Shown here piece after piece: positions 49,250-58,720 of a stretch of 61,281 bases of DNA. The position numbers and the translations under genes were made by a program. Each line of letters opens with the position of its first letter. Position 1 is the stretch's first letter. Source of the DNA: Devosiaceae bacterium MH13 (lineage in GTDB: Bacteria; Pseudomonadota; Alphaproteobacteria; Rhizobiales; MH13); contig JAHCMG010000170.1 of the NCBI GenBank assembly GCA_019192585.1, positions 1 to 61,281 of the forward strand, in the 5' to 3' direction. Under the pieces are notes generated by a model, which saw nothing but the letters and a program-made list of their open reading frames with translations, was not told the DNA's origin and searched no databases.

Positions 49250-50550
49250 GTGTCGATGTCATCACGCTTGGCTGCCGGCTCAACACGGTGGAGTCCGAAG
49301 CCATGCGCCAGGCCGCCGAAAAGGCCGGCCATCGCAACACCATCATCGTCAACACCTGCGCGGTGACCGGCGAAGCCGTCCGCCAGGCGCGCCAAACGAT
49401 CCGAAAGGCGGCGCGCGAGAACCCCGGCGCGCGTTTGGTCGTCACCGGCTGCGCCGCGCAGATCGAGCCCGACACGTTTGCGGACATCGAAGGCGTTGAT
49501 CTGGTCATTGGCAACGAGGCGAAAGCGCGCGCGGACGCATGGACCGATCTTGTTCCACCATCGCCCGGTTCCGTCCGGGACAAAGTGCAGGTTTCCGACA
49601 TCATGCGGGTCACCGAGATCGCCCCGCAAATGATCGGTGCTTATGCTGAGCGGACCCGCGCATTTGTCGAGGTGCAAAATGGCTGCGACCATCGCTGCAC
49701 CTTCTGCATCATCCCCTATGGCCGCGGCAACGCCCGCTCAGTGCCGATGGGTCTCGCCGTCGACCAGATCAAGCGGCTTGTCGGTGAGGGCCATGCCGAG
49801 ATCGTGCTGACCGGCGTTGACCTGACCAGCTACGGCCCCGACCTGCCGGGTACGCCGAAGCTTGGCGATCTGGTGCAGCAGATCCTCCGCCACGTGCCGG
49901 GCCTGCAGCGGCTGCGGCTGTCATCGATCGATTCTATCGAGGCCGATCCCGCGCTCGTTGATGCCATCGCGTCCGACCACCGGCTGATGCCGCACCTGCA
50001 CCTATCGCTCCAGCATGGCGATGACCTCATCCTCAAGCGGATGAAGCGCCGCCATTTGCGCGAGGACGCGATCCGCTTTTGCACCGACATGCGCGCCAAG
50101 CGCCCCGATCTGATGTTCGGCGCCGACATCATCGCCGGCTTCCCCACCGAGACCGAGGCGGCGTTTGAACAATCGCTAAGCCTGGTGGACGCGTGCGGGC
50201 TGACCTTCCTGCACGTCTTCCCCTTCTCACCGCGCCAGGGCACGCCCGCGGCGCGGATGCCGCAGCTCGACCGGCAGACGATCAAAGCGCGTGCCGAACG
50301 GCTACGTGACAAGGGCCGCGACGCCCTATCCGCCCATCTCAGCGCCCAGATCGGCACCACGCAGCCCGTCCTGATCGAGCGCGTTGCCGACGGCCTGGCA
50401 CGCGGACGGATCCCCGCTTACACCGAGGTTGCTATCCCCGCAGCTGGAAACGGACCGGCCGTCGGCGCGATCCTGCCCGTGACGATCACCGGCCATGAGG
50501 GCCAGCGGCTGACAGGCACGCTCGCCCGCCAAGCGGACCGCGCCGCATGA
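49246..50550 (+). CDS. mtaB: tRNA t6A methylthiotransferase
   Basis: TLGCRLN, NTCAVT, TGCAAQ, CDHRCTFC radical-SAM motif; ATGA overlap with dapF. Confidence 0.95.
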   Translation: MSVDVITLGCRLNTVESEAMRQAAEKAGHRNTIIVNTCAVTGEAVRQARQTIRKAARENPGARLVVTGCAAQIEPDTFADIEGVDLVIGNEAKARADAWTDLVPPSPGSVRDKVQVSDIMRVTEIAPQMIGAYAERTRAFVEVQNGCDHRCTFCIIPYGRGNARSVPMGLAVDQIKRLVGEGHAEIVLTGVDLTSYGPDLPGTPKLGDLVQQILRHVPGLQRLRLSSIDSIEADPALVDAIASDHRLMPHLHLSLQHGDDLILKRMKRRHLREDAIRFCTDMRAKRPDLMFGADIIAGFPTETEAAFEQSLSLVDACGLTFLHVFPFSPRQGTPAARMPQLDRQTIKARAERLRDKGRDALSAHLSAQIGTTQPVLIERVADGLARGRIPAYTEVAIPAAGNGPAVGAILPVTITGHEGQRLTGTLARQADRAA

Positions 50551-51560
50551 GCGATGCGCCCGACCTTCAGTTCATTGCCATCACGCCGGAAAAGGTGGAG
50601 GCGGCGCCCGAGCCCGAAAAGAAGGGCTGGTTTTCGCGCCTGACTTCAGGCCTCAAAAAATCGGCCACATCGCTGACCGACAGCGTGGTCTCCGTCGTCA
50701 CCAAACGGAAGCTCGATGCCGAGGCGCTCGAAGACCTCGAGGACGTGCTCATCCAGGCAGACCTGGGCGTCGACACCTCCATCGCGATCACCACGCGGCT
50801 CGAAGACGAGCGCTTCGGCCGCGAGGTCTCCGAGGGTGAGATTAAGCAAGTGCTTGCCTCTGAAGTGGCCAAAGTGCTCGAGCCCATCGCCCTGCCCTTG
50901 CGGGTCGCGCCGGCCCGCAAGCCGCATGTCATCTTGATGGTCGGCGTTAACGGCGCGGGCAAAACCACCACCATCGGCAAGCTCGCCTCCAAGATCGCCG
51001 CCTTGGGCATGAAACCCATGCTGGCCGCCGGCGACACGTTCCGCGCGGCGGCCATCGAGCAGCTGACCGTTTGGGGCCAGCGCACCGGCGCGCCGGTCGT
51101 CACCAAGCCGCAAGGCTCCGACGCGGCGAGCCTGGCCTTTGAAGCGCTCGAGCGGGCCCGCGCCGAAAATGTCGACGTGCTCTTAATCGACACCGCCGGT
51201 CGGCTTCAGAACCGCGCCGAACTGATGGCAGAACTTGAAAAAGTGGTGCGCGTCATCAAAAAACTCGACCCCGAAGCGCCGCACGATGTGCTGCTGACGC
51301 TGGACGCCACCACCGGCCAGAACGCGCTGCAGCAGGTTGAGGTTTTCGGCAAGACGGCGGGCGTGACGGGCCTGGTGATGACCAAGCTCGACGGTACCGC
51401 CAAGGGCGGTATCCTTGTCGCCATCGCTAAGAAGCACCAAATCCCCGTGCACCTGATCGGTGTCGGCGAGGCGGTCGATGACCTTGAGGCCTTTGACCCG
51501 CAAAGCTTTGCCCGCGCAATTGCCGGGCTTGATGAAACACAGCAAACGGCAGACGCGTGA
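50547..51560 (+). CDS. ftsY: SRP receptor FtsY
   Basis: [34 protein letters not shown]. Confidence 0.98.
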   Translation: MSDAPDLQFIAITPEKVEAAPEPEKKGWFSRLTSGLKKSATSLTDSVVSVVTKRKLDAEALEDLEDVLIQADLGVDTSIAITTRLEDERFGREVSEGEIKQVLASEVAKVLEPIALPLRVAPARKPHVILMVGVNGAGKTTTIGKLASKIAALGMKPMLAAGDTFRAAAIEQLTVWGQRTGAPVVTKPQGSDAASLAFEALERARAENVDVLLIDTAGRLQNRAELMAELEKVVRVIKKLDPEAPHDVLLTLDATTGQNALQQVEVFGKTAGVTGLVMTKLDGTAKGGILVAIAKKHQIPVHLIGVGEAVDDLEAFDPQSFARAIAGLDETQQTADA

Positions 51561-52240
51561 CCGACGAAACCACCCAAATCGACCCGCAAGCCAAGGCCGA
51601 ACCGGCAGGCGCATCTGCTGCGACGCCGGCCGCAAAACCAGCCGTGAACCCATTCGTCAAGCTCGCGCTCGAGCTGGGGCCGTTGGTGATCTTCTTCTTC
51701 GTCAACGCCCGCGGCGAACGGCTGATGGAGAGCTACCCAGCGCTCGCCCAGTTCGGCGAGCCGATCTTCCTCGCCACCGCCGTGTTCATGGTGGCCATCA
51801 CCATCTCGCTGGTCCTGTCGCGCTTCATCCTTGGCAAACTGCCGATGATGCCGCTCGTCTCAGGCGTCATGGTGCTGTTCTTCGGCGCGCTGACGCTGTG
51901 GCTCAACGATGATCTGTTCATCAAACTCAAGCCGACCATCGTGAACATGATGTTCGCGACCGTGCTGCTTGTCGGGCTCTGGGGCTTTAAGACGTCGCTG
52001 CTGAAATATGTGTTCGACGACGCCTTCAAGCTCAACGCCGAAGGCTGGCGCATCCTGACCCTGCGCTGGGGGCTGTTCTTTGTGTTCCTCGCCGTCCTTA
52101 ACGAGGCGGTCTGGCGCACGCAGACGACCGATTTCTGGGTCGCCTTCAAGGTCTGGGGCGTCATGCCCATCACGTTTGCCTTCGCCATGGCGCAGATCGG
52201 CGTGATGAACAAATATGGCGAAGAGGAAGAGGCCGGGTAG
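51557..52240 (+). CDS. ispZ: Inner membrane septation protein A (IspZ/YciB)
   Basis: [29 protein letters not shown]. Confidence 0.92.
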   Translation: MTDETTQIDPQAKAEPAGASAATPAAKPAVNPFVKLALELGPLVIFFFVNARGERLMESYPALAQFGEPIFLATAVFMVAITISLVLSRFILGKLPMMPLVSGVMVLFFGALTLWLNDDLFIKLKPTIVNMMFATVLLVGLWGFKTSLLKYVFDDAFKLNAEGWRILTLRWGLFFVFLAVLNEAVWRTQTTDFWVAFKVWGVMPITFAFAMAQIGVMNKYGEEEEAG

Positions 52241-52293
52241 TCGCAGCCCTTGCTGGCGACAGGTCCAGCTGAGCCAGACCCGCTAACAACCAG

Positions 52294-52713
52294 CTAGCGC
52301 TGCAACGCCGCCGCCAAGTCGGCGAGCGAGGTGCCTTCGATCGCGCTTTGAAACGCAACCTCGGCGCGCTCCAGCCCCCCTTGAATGGCGCCGGCGAGCC
52401 CGATCTCAATCGCGCAATGGGCCGGATTCTCGTCGCCGCCCTTGTTGCCGACATACAGGCGCTCATCGAGGCCTCGATAGACATCGGCAATCGAGATGCT
52501 CTCGGGCGCCCGCGCGAGCTTCCAGCCGCCAGATTTGCCCCGTCCCGAGGTGACCAGCCCAGCCTCCCTCAGCTGCCCGAGCGTGCGCCGGATAACCACA
52601 GGATTGGTGGCTGCGAAGCTTGCCATCTGCTCCGACGTGAACGGCTCATCGGGCTTCACCGCCATATGCCCCAGCACGTGCAGGGCGATTGAGAGCTTGC
52701 TACTTCGTTTCAT
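52294..52713 (-). CDS. Rrf2 family transcriptional regulator (single-Cys, non Fe-S type)
   Basis: ALHVL, TNPVVIRR, GKSGGWKLAR; only one Cys. Confidence 0.92.
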   Translation of the reverse strand: MKRSSKLSIALHVLGHMAVKPDEPFTSEQMASFAATNPVVIRRTLGQLREAGLVTSGRGKSGGWKLARAPESISIADVYRGLDERLYVGNKGGDENPAHCAIEIGLAGAIQGGLERAEVAFQSAIEGTSLADLAAALQR

Positions 52714-52731
52714 GTAACTATCATTGTTACA
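52713..52731. promoter_or_regulatory. Putative Rrf2 operator
   Basis: Palindrome TGTAAC-N7-GTTACA in the 44-bp divergent gap, touching the Rrf2 start codon. Confidence 0.8.
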
Positions 52732-52757
52732 AATAGGAGCCGCGAGCAGGAGCGATC

Positions 52758-53681
52758 ATGGACCGGGTGGATGTTGTCATCGTGGGCGGCAGTTTTGCAG
52801 GGCTTTCGGCAGGCCTGCAACTTGGCCGCGCGCGGGTTTCGGTGAAGATCTTCGATACAAACAAACCCAGAAACCGCTTCGCATCAACGGCACATGGCTT
52901 GATAGGCCATGACGGGAGGACGCCCTTTGAGCTTCGTGGCTTGGGCCGGGCCAACCTTTCCCACTATCCAAGCGCGGGGCTTGTCGACGCTGCGGTCGAC
53001 TCGATCGCTCAGCAAGGCGACACCTTCATCGTTCAAGCCGCAGGTCAAAAACCCATCGCGGCTAAAGGGATCATTCTCGCCTATGGTGTTCGTGATCGGC
53101 TGCCGGATATTGCCGGCCTGACGGAGGCGTGGGGGCGCAACGTCATGCAGTGCCCTTATTGCCACGGGTACGAAGTGCGCGACCAAACGCTGGGTGTGCT
53201 CTACACCTCAGAAGCGTCACTGCATCAGGCAAAGATCCTTCCTGATTGGAGTGACGATGTCACGCTCTTCACCAACGGTAACACCCTCGAGGCCAACGCG
53301 CTGGAGACGCTCGAGAGCCGAGGCGTCAAGCTGGTTACCGACCCGGTCAGCGATTTGAGCATCGCGGACGGCCAGATGGAGACGGTGAACACCAGCGCCG
53401 GCGAACATGCCCTCGACGCCTTGTTCCTGATCACCCGGACGGAGCAGGCGTGTGACTTGGCCGAGCAGCTTGGCTGCGCCTTCGAGGATGGGCCCTTTGG
53501 CCGCTTTGTGAGCGTCGACAATCTACAACAGACGAGCGTGCCGGGTGTGTTTGCGGCCGGCGATCTTGCCCGCCCGATCCACCAGTCGGTCTGGGCCGCG
53601 GCAGACGGTTCAGCAGCCGGGGTCTTTTGCCACCAGTCGCTGCTCGGTCACCGCAACCCGTACCAAAAGAAGGTCGCTTAG
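52758..53681 (+). CDS. Thioredoxin reductase-like FAD/NAD(P) oxidoreductase
   Basis: IVGGSFAG, CPYCHGYE, TSVPGVFAAGD; AGGAG RBS. Confidence 0.9.
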   Translation: MDRVDVVIVGGSFAGLSAGLQLGRARVSVKIFDTNKPRNRFASTAHGLIGHDGRTPFELRGLGRANLSHYPSAGLVDAAVDSIAQQGDTFIVQAAGQKPIAAKGIILAYGVRDRLPDIAGLTEAWGRNVMQCPYCHGYEVRDQTLGVLYTSEASLHQAKILPDWSDDVTLFTNGNTLEANALETLESRGVKLVTDPVSDLSIADGQMETVNTSAGEHALDALFLITRTEQACDLAEQLGCAFEDGPFGRFVSVDNLQQTSVPGVFAAGDLARPIHQSVWAAADGSAAGVFCHQSLLGHRNPYQKKVA

Positions 53682-53712
53682 CGGCCCGGTGCGCGTTGGC
53701 GGGCTACCAACC

Positions 53713-54756
53713 TCACCTGGCTCCGCCGGCCATCAGCGCATCCATGGCACCGAACGCGGCGTGGCCTCGCCCGGCCACAAACCAGCTGGTGCCACTGGCA
53801 ATATCGTGGCGCCACTCGGCCGAGAAGATTTCGTTGCCGCCATCGTGCCAAAACACGGTGTTGCCCGCGGGGCCGGCCTCGACGACGAGGCCATAGCCGT
53901 AAAACGTGTCGCCCTGCCCTTCATCAGCGTGCGCGGTGAGGGCGGCGGCGACCAATGCGTCCGAGACGATCTCACCGGCGAGAAACGCTGCCCAGAGGGA
54001 CACAAACCCTTCCGCCGTGGTCACCAGGCCGCCATTGCCAATGAGGTTCCAGCCGGGCGCTTCACCGCCCCAGCTGGCGCGGGCAATGGATTGGCGCCGA
54101 AAGCCGGTCCGCCACACCCTGGCGCTGGTCATGGAACGGGCTGCCTCATACGCGCGGGCGTAGCCAATGGCTGGCGCCCCTTCCGGGATGACGCGGTCGA
54201 TCAGATAGTCCTCAAAGCGCAGCCCGCTTTGATGTTCGATGATCGCCGCGAGGACCGAATAGCCAGCATTCGAATAGGCGTGACGGGCGCCGGGGGCGGC
54301 CTCTAAGGGCGCGCTCAAAACGCGGCCCAAAAACGCTTGCCGGCCCAAGGGTTCGGCATCATCGCCGGTGGACTCCACCAGACCCGATGTGTGGGTCAAG
54401 AGCTGGTACACGGTGATCGATGCTTTGTCAGCCGGCACCTCGGGCAGAAGGCCCGCCAGCGCCGTGTGCGGGCTCAGACCATAGGTCTCCAACAGGTGCA
54501 GCGTGGCGATGGCCGTCACAGTTTTGGTGATCGAGCCAAGATCGACCAGCGCGTCTCCACCGCGCGCGTCGACCGACAGCGCGCTTTCGACATCGACATT
54601 GCCCAGCTGATCGCGGCGCGCGACGATGACCGACCGCTCGGCGGCGATCGCTTGCAGCGGCGCCCCTCCACGATCGGTGTCCGCAAGGGTGGGCAAAGCC
54701 AGCGCGGCGCAAAGAGAGGTGAGAGCGAGTCCTACGCCGAGGGTCTGTCTGAGCAT
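53713..54756 (-). CDS. Secreted serine hydrolase (beta-lactamase/PBP family)
   Basis: Signal peptide, SITK (SxxK), LLTHTSG, YSN, HDG. Confidence 0.88.
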   Translation of the reverse strand: MLRQTLGVGLALTSLCAALALPTLADTDRGGAPLQAIAAERSVIVARRDQLGNVDVESALSVDARGGDALVDLGSITKTVTAIATLHLLETYGLSPHTALAGLLPEVPADKASITVYQLLTHTSGLVESTGDDAEPLGRQAFLGRVLSAPLEAAPGARHAYSNAGYSVLAAIIEHQSGLRFEDYLIDRVIPEGAPAIGYARAYEAARSMTSARVWRTGFRRQSIARASWGGEAPGWNLIGNGGLVTTAEGFVSLWAAFLAGEIVSDALVAAALTAHADEGQGDTFYGYGLVVEAGPAGNTVFWHDGGNEIFSAEWRHDIASGTSWFVAGRGHAAFGAMDALMAGGAR

Positions 54757-54791
54757 CGCGGTTTCCTTTGCTCGCTTCGCGCGGTGGGGCG

Positions 54792-55394
54792 TTAGTCGCC
54801 CACCGGCTTCTCCGCCACCAGATCAATCAGAGCCGATTGGCCCGAATGGCCCCGCCCCTCTTGCACCTCGCGCTCATAGGCCGCGAGCCGCTCGATGCGC
54901 CAATCGCTGAACGCACCCGACAAAAGGTCGAGCGTGTACATGTTCTCCGCGAACGGCGGGCCCCCGGTGCCGAACGTCAGCTGCTCCGGCGTGTACCCGT
55001 GCAGGACCAGCCGCCCACCGGGCTTGACGGCTTGGCGCAACGTTTCGAACTGGCCGACCCTCGCCTCCGGGCCCACAAACTGGATGAAGATGGCCACCAC
55101 CAGGTCGAACTGCTGCGACCAGTCCCACGCCTCCCAGGTGCTGACATGGCTTTCGACGGTAACCTCGGCCTTGTTCGCAAGCGCGCGCGCCCGCTCGACC
55201 GCCGTCGGCGACAGGTCAAAGCTGGTCACCGTCAGGCCCTGCTGCGCCAGCCACACGCCATTGCGCCCTTCGCCGTCAGCGACGCAGAGGCACGTCTGCG
55301 CGCCGCCTGTTATCCATGGGTTCTCCACCAGCACCTGCGCCGGCGCTTGCCCGAACAGATAGTCGCCCGCCTTGGCGTAGCGTTCTTCCCACAT
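54792..55394 (-). CDS. Class I SAM-dependent methyltransferase
   Basis: MWEERY, LCVADGEGRN, KPGG, GTGGP, EGRGHSG. Confidence 0.88.
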   Translation of the reverse strand: MWEERYAKAGDYLFGQAPAQVLVENPWITGGAQTCLCVADGEGRNGVWLAQQGLTVTSFDLSPTAVERARALANKAEVTVESHVSTWEAWDWSQQFDLVVAIFIQFVGPEARVGQFETLRQAVKPGGRLVLHGYTPEQLTFGTGGPPFAENMYTLDLLSGAFSDWRIERLAAYEREVQEGRGHSGQSALIDLVAEKPVGD

Positions 55395-55420
55395 GGGCTC
55401 TCTCCTCGTTTAGCGGACGA

Positions 55421-56050
55421 TCAGCGCTGGGCCACGGACCGCAGGCTCAAGAGCAGTGCGGCGACGATCATGAAGCCGCCGCCCAGCCGCTCAATCCATG
55501 CGCGCGCCGCGCCCTTAAAGCGCGAGGCGATCCAGCTGGCGCTGAAGCCATAGCCGGAAAGGAACGCGCCATCGATGACGATATAGGTGGCCGACAGGAT
55601 CAAAAATTGCGGCCAGAATGGCGCATCGGCGGAAATAAATTGCGGAAACAGGGCCGCAAAAAACACCACCGCTTTGGGATTGGCCGCAGAGGTCAGGAAC
55701 CCTTGCAGCCACAGGCTCTTGAGGGAGACCTGCGATCGCTGCCCAAGCAGCGCCGGATCGGCGGCGCTGGCCCGGCGGATCATCCGCACGCCAAGCCAGA
55801 CAAGATAGGCGACGCCCGCCCATTTGATCACCGACAGCGCCGCGCCCGAGGCGGCGATCAACGCGGCGAGCCCGAGGCCTGCCGCAAGCATCTGGAGCGC
55901 ATTGGCCGTCAAATCTCCGGCCGCCGTCGCCAGCGCCCGCCGAAAGCCATGGGCGCCGCTGTTTGACAGCATCAACAGCTGGCTCGGCCCCGGCGTGCTC
56001 ATCAGCGCCAGCACGGTGGCGACGTAAAGTGTCCATGTTTCAAGCGTCAT
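55421..56050 (-). CDS. LysE/RhtB family translocator
   Basis: TPGPS, YLVWLG, NPKAVVFFAALFPQF; start at ATG 56050. Confidence 0.92.
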   Translation of the reverse strand: MTLETWTLYVATVLALMSTPGPSQLLMLSNSGAHGFRRALATAAGDLTANALQMLAAGLGLAALIAASGAALSVIKWAGVAYLVWLGVRMIRRASAADPALLGQRSQVSLKSLWLQGFLTSAANPKAVVFFAALFPQFISADAPFWPQFLILSATYIVIDGAFLSGYGFSASWIASRFKGAARAWIERLGGGFMIVAALLLSLRSVAQR

Positions 56051-56124
56051 AGCGTGCTCCCGCAGCGGCAAACTCGCCGGTACCGGGCACTTCGCAGCGC
56101 CTTAGGTCAAGGCCTCAAGCGCGA

Positions 56125-56805
56125 TCACTCGCGCGATTTGGCTTCGAGCAGCTGAACCGTCTGCGCGATCTGCCCGGTGCGGGCGGCGGACTCGTCAGCA
56201 AGCTTGCTCACCTCTTCGGCGACAACGGCAAAGCCGCGGCCCGCATCCCCCGCGTGCGCGGCCTCGATGCGGGCGTTGATCGCGACGAACTTCAGTTTGT
56301 TGAGGAGCGGCAACAGCGGCGAGACCTCGTCGACAAGCTTGATGGCGATGCTGGACAGGCCCTCACGCTGGCGCTCACGCCGGTCACGGGCATCGCTGAC
56401 ATGGCCTTCAAGGAACAAAAGGTCGCCTGCGTCATCGAAAACGCCGCCGCCGGATTCGTGCACCCAGACGGCCGTGCCATCGGGGTGGACCAAGCGGTAG
56501 TCCACCGACCAGTTGGTGCGGTTTTCGATGCCCTCTTCCACTGCGGCATCAACAGCGTCGACATCGTCGGGGTGAATGCAGGCGGCGAAAGAGCCGCGCT
56601 CGGGGCCCAAAAAGTAGCGCCCGGGCCTGCCGGTCAGCGCGTCGATTGCGCCCTGCATAAAGCTCATCGTGTAGCTGCTATCGTTGTTGCAGCGATAAAA
56701 GAACGCCAGCGTCCGACCCAGGATCGAGCGAAAACACTCCGCCTCGAAATCATCGGTCGACGTTGTTGGGGCAGATGGTTGCGGCGCGGGCAGGACGTTA
56801 CTCAT
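56125..56805 (-). CDS. Soluble PAS domain protein with a truncated MCP signalling hairpin
   Basis: PAS (IHPDD, YRLVHPDG..VWV) plus AINARIEAAHAGDAGRGFAVVAEEVSKLA tip motif. Confidence 0.85.
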   Translation of the reverse strand: MSNVLPAPQPSAPTTSTDDFEAECFRSILGRTLAFFYRCNNDSSYTMSFMQGAIDALTGRPGRYFLGPERGSFAACIHPDDVDAVDAAVEEGIENRTNWSVDYRLVHPDGTAVWVHESGGGVFDDAGDLLFLEGHVSDARDRRERQREGLSSIAIKLVDEVSPLLPLLNKLKFVAINARIEAAHAGDAGRGFAVVAEEVSKLADESAARTGQIAQTVQLLEAKSRE

Positions 56806-56982
56806 AAGGCTTTGCTCATGTTTCGGAACTGCCGGGTTATCGGGTCATGGTTACCGAAATCTAACCGACGCGAAGCCCCGCGGGGCAAAAGGGACTGGTT
56901 TGGGCTCTCGCGTTCGAAAGTGTCGCACGTTAGCGGAAAGACAGGGGCGTTTGGGGCGACACCGCCGCCCCAAACCTTCGCG

Positions 56983-57468
56983 TCAAAGCGCCTTCCAAAA
57001 GACGATCTTGTCTTCGCCTGCGGCGTAGAACTCGCGGATCCGCGCTTCCCGCACAAAGCCGCACTGCGCGTAGAACGTGCGCGTGCGGGCAAAACCCTCG
57101 CCACCTGAGGTCTCCACCAACAGGACGCGAACACCGGCAGCGCGCAGCTGCGTCTCGACATGCGCCACGAGCGCCTGGCCGATCCCTTTGGAATGGCGCG
57201 ACGCGTGAACCGCCAGAAGATAGAGGTTCCACGTGCCGTCGGTCATCGCCTCGGGCGCTGCGAACAGCACCGCAACGGGGTCGGGGTCGGCATAGGTGAG
57301 CCAGACCGGCTCCCCGGCGCCGGGCGCTTCGCCCAGCGTTTGGGGGACCATGTCATCGAGCAAGTCAGGCGGAAACAGATCGGTCGAGGCGATCACCTGC
57401 TTGATGGCGGGAAGATCGGCGCGCGTCAGCGGCCGGATGGGGTTGGACCTGTTGGTCATACTGGTCAT
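56983..57468 (-). CDS. GNAT acetyltransferase
   Basis: LAVHASRHSKGIG, VETSG, FYAQCGF; AAAGGA RBS; starts 17 nt after the yjhX stop. Confidence 0.88.
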   Translation of the reverse strand: MTSMTNRSNPIRPLTRADLPAIKQVIASTDLFPPDLLDDMVPQTLGEAPGAGEPVWLTYADPDPVAVLFAAPEAMTDGTWNLYLLAVHASRHSKGIGQALVAHVETQLRAAGVRVLLVETSGGEGFARTRTFYAQCGFVREARIREFYAAGEDKIVFWKAL

Positions 57469-57485
57469 CGGACGTCCTTTCGCGA

Positions 57486-57743
57486 TCAGCGATTGTCGAG
57501 TTGGGGGCGCACATGGACCCGACCGAGATGCGTGATCCGGTAGGGTTTGCCGCCGTTGGAACGGATGAATCTGCGTTTCTTGAGCCGCTCGAAGATGGGC
57601 AGCGTGCAGTCGGTCAAGACGTGGCCATCCCGCGTGAAGCAGGTGATGGCGTGCACTTTGCCGCTGGCCGCGCGCTTAAAATGGATCGCGCCGCCTTGGG
57701 CCAGCACGTGCAAGACGCGCTGTTCATGTTTTGAGATGTTCAT
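57486..57743 (-). CDS. YjhX/TopAI family protein (UPF0386)
   Basis: MNISKHEQRVLHVLAQGG...CFTRDG...F.RLK..R.I.S.GG.PYRIT..G...VRPQLDNR signature; start at ATG 57743. Confidence 0.9.
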   Translation of the reverse strand: MNISKHEQRVLHVLAQGGAIHFKRAASGKVHAITCFTRDGHVLTDCTLPIFERLKKRRFIRSNGGKPYRITHLGRVHVRPQLDNR

Positions 57744-57864
57744 GGGAGTTGCCGGAGCTTGAAGCTGGTCACAGAGCAACGATCACCGCGCCGGTTTCAT
57801 CCGGCCCTCGGCGTTGCTCGGCGCATCGTCCATCGGCTCCGGTGGCTGAGCACCGGATCAGGAC

Positions 57865-57891
57865 CTAGCGGCTGACCACACTCTCTGACAT
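57865..57891 (-). CDS. Putative regulatory uORF (toiL-like), MSESVVSR
   Basis: GGAG-TGTGA-ATG TCA GAG AGT GTG GTC AGC CGC TAG, ending 121 nt before yjhX. Confidence 0.7.
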   Translation of the reverse strand: MSESVVSR

Positions 57892-57956
57892 TCACACTCC
57901 ATCGCGGGCGGGGAATCCGCCGCGTGAGTGTCAGCTATGGCGAAGATGGGTCCAGA

Positions 57957-58619
57957 TCAAGAGACCGATCCGCCACACAGGCCAACAAACAAATGGTAGG
58001 CGCGGTCAGCACGGGCGCTGAGTTGCGCCTGAGTTGGCAAGGCCATGGCACCGGTGCACCGGCGGATCTGCCAATCGCCGATGAGCAGATCGACATAGGT
58101 GTCGGCGGCGTCGGACGGGTCCGCCACCGTCAAGGCCCCACCATCGCGGGCGGCTGTGATCACCGCGGCGATCAAGGGCACCACCGCGTCGCGCCCGCCG
58201 GCAGCCAGAGCCGCGCCTAGAATACCGGTGTCGTACACATCGCCCGCCGCCGCGCGGTTGAGCGCAACCGCGCGCTCGCTGGTCACAATCGACAGCAGCA
58301 CCGGACCCAAGCCCTTGAGCGTCGACAGCGGATCCGCGCCCTGTGCCAACGCGTCGCTCAACAGCGTACGCGCCTCGCTCGCATTGCGCGCCACCAGCGC
58401 CGCGAACAGGCCCTGCTTGTTGCCGTACCAGCGGTACAGCGTCTCATTGGACGCTTTGGCTTGCTTGGCGATGGCGAGAATGGACGCCGCCTTGTAGCCA
58501 TCGCGCATCAGCACCTCATAGGCGGCCTCTTCGATGGCCACCCGGCGGGCGTCGGCCCGTGAACCTCCGCCATCGTTTGCGTCCGCCAGGTTTGTGTCGG
58601 CCAGCTTTACATCCCCCAT
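57957..58619 (-). CDS. TetR/AcrR family regulator
   Basis: HTH IAKQAKASNETLYRWYGNKQGLF; C-terminal ligand domain. Confidence 0.92.
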   Translation of the reverse strand: MGDVKLADTNLADANDGGGSRADARRVAIEEAAYEVLMRDGYKAASILAIAKQAKASNETLYRWYGNKQGLFAALVARNASEARTLLSDALAQGADPLSTLKGLGPVLLSIVTSERAVALNRAAAGDVYDTGILGAALAAGGRDAVVPLIAAVITAARDGGALTVADPSDAADTYVDLLIGDWQIRRCTGAMALPTQAQLSARADRAYHLFVGLCGGSVS

Positions 58620-58652
58620 GTCGATTCTCCGCAGCGACCTCTTGAAAGTTAC

Positions 58653-58699
58653 CGTAAAGATGTTTACGTCGATGTCAAAGCGTAAATTACTTTACGCTT
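58653..58699. promoter_or_regulatory. Two palindromic operators, putative TetR sites
   Basis: CGTAAA-GATG-TTTACG (58653-58668) and AAGCGTAAA-TTAC-TTTACGCTT (58678-58699). Confidence 0.8.
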
Positions 58700-58720
58700 G
58701 TAACGCGAACGGAGATTGTC

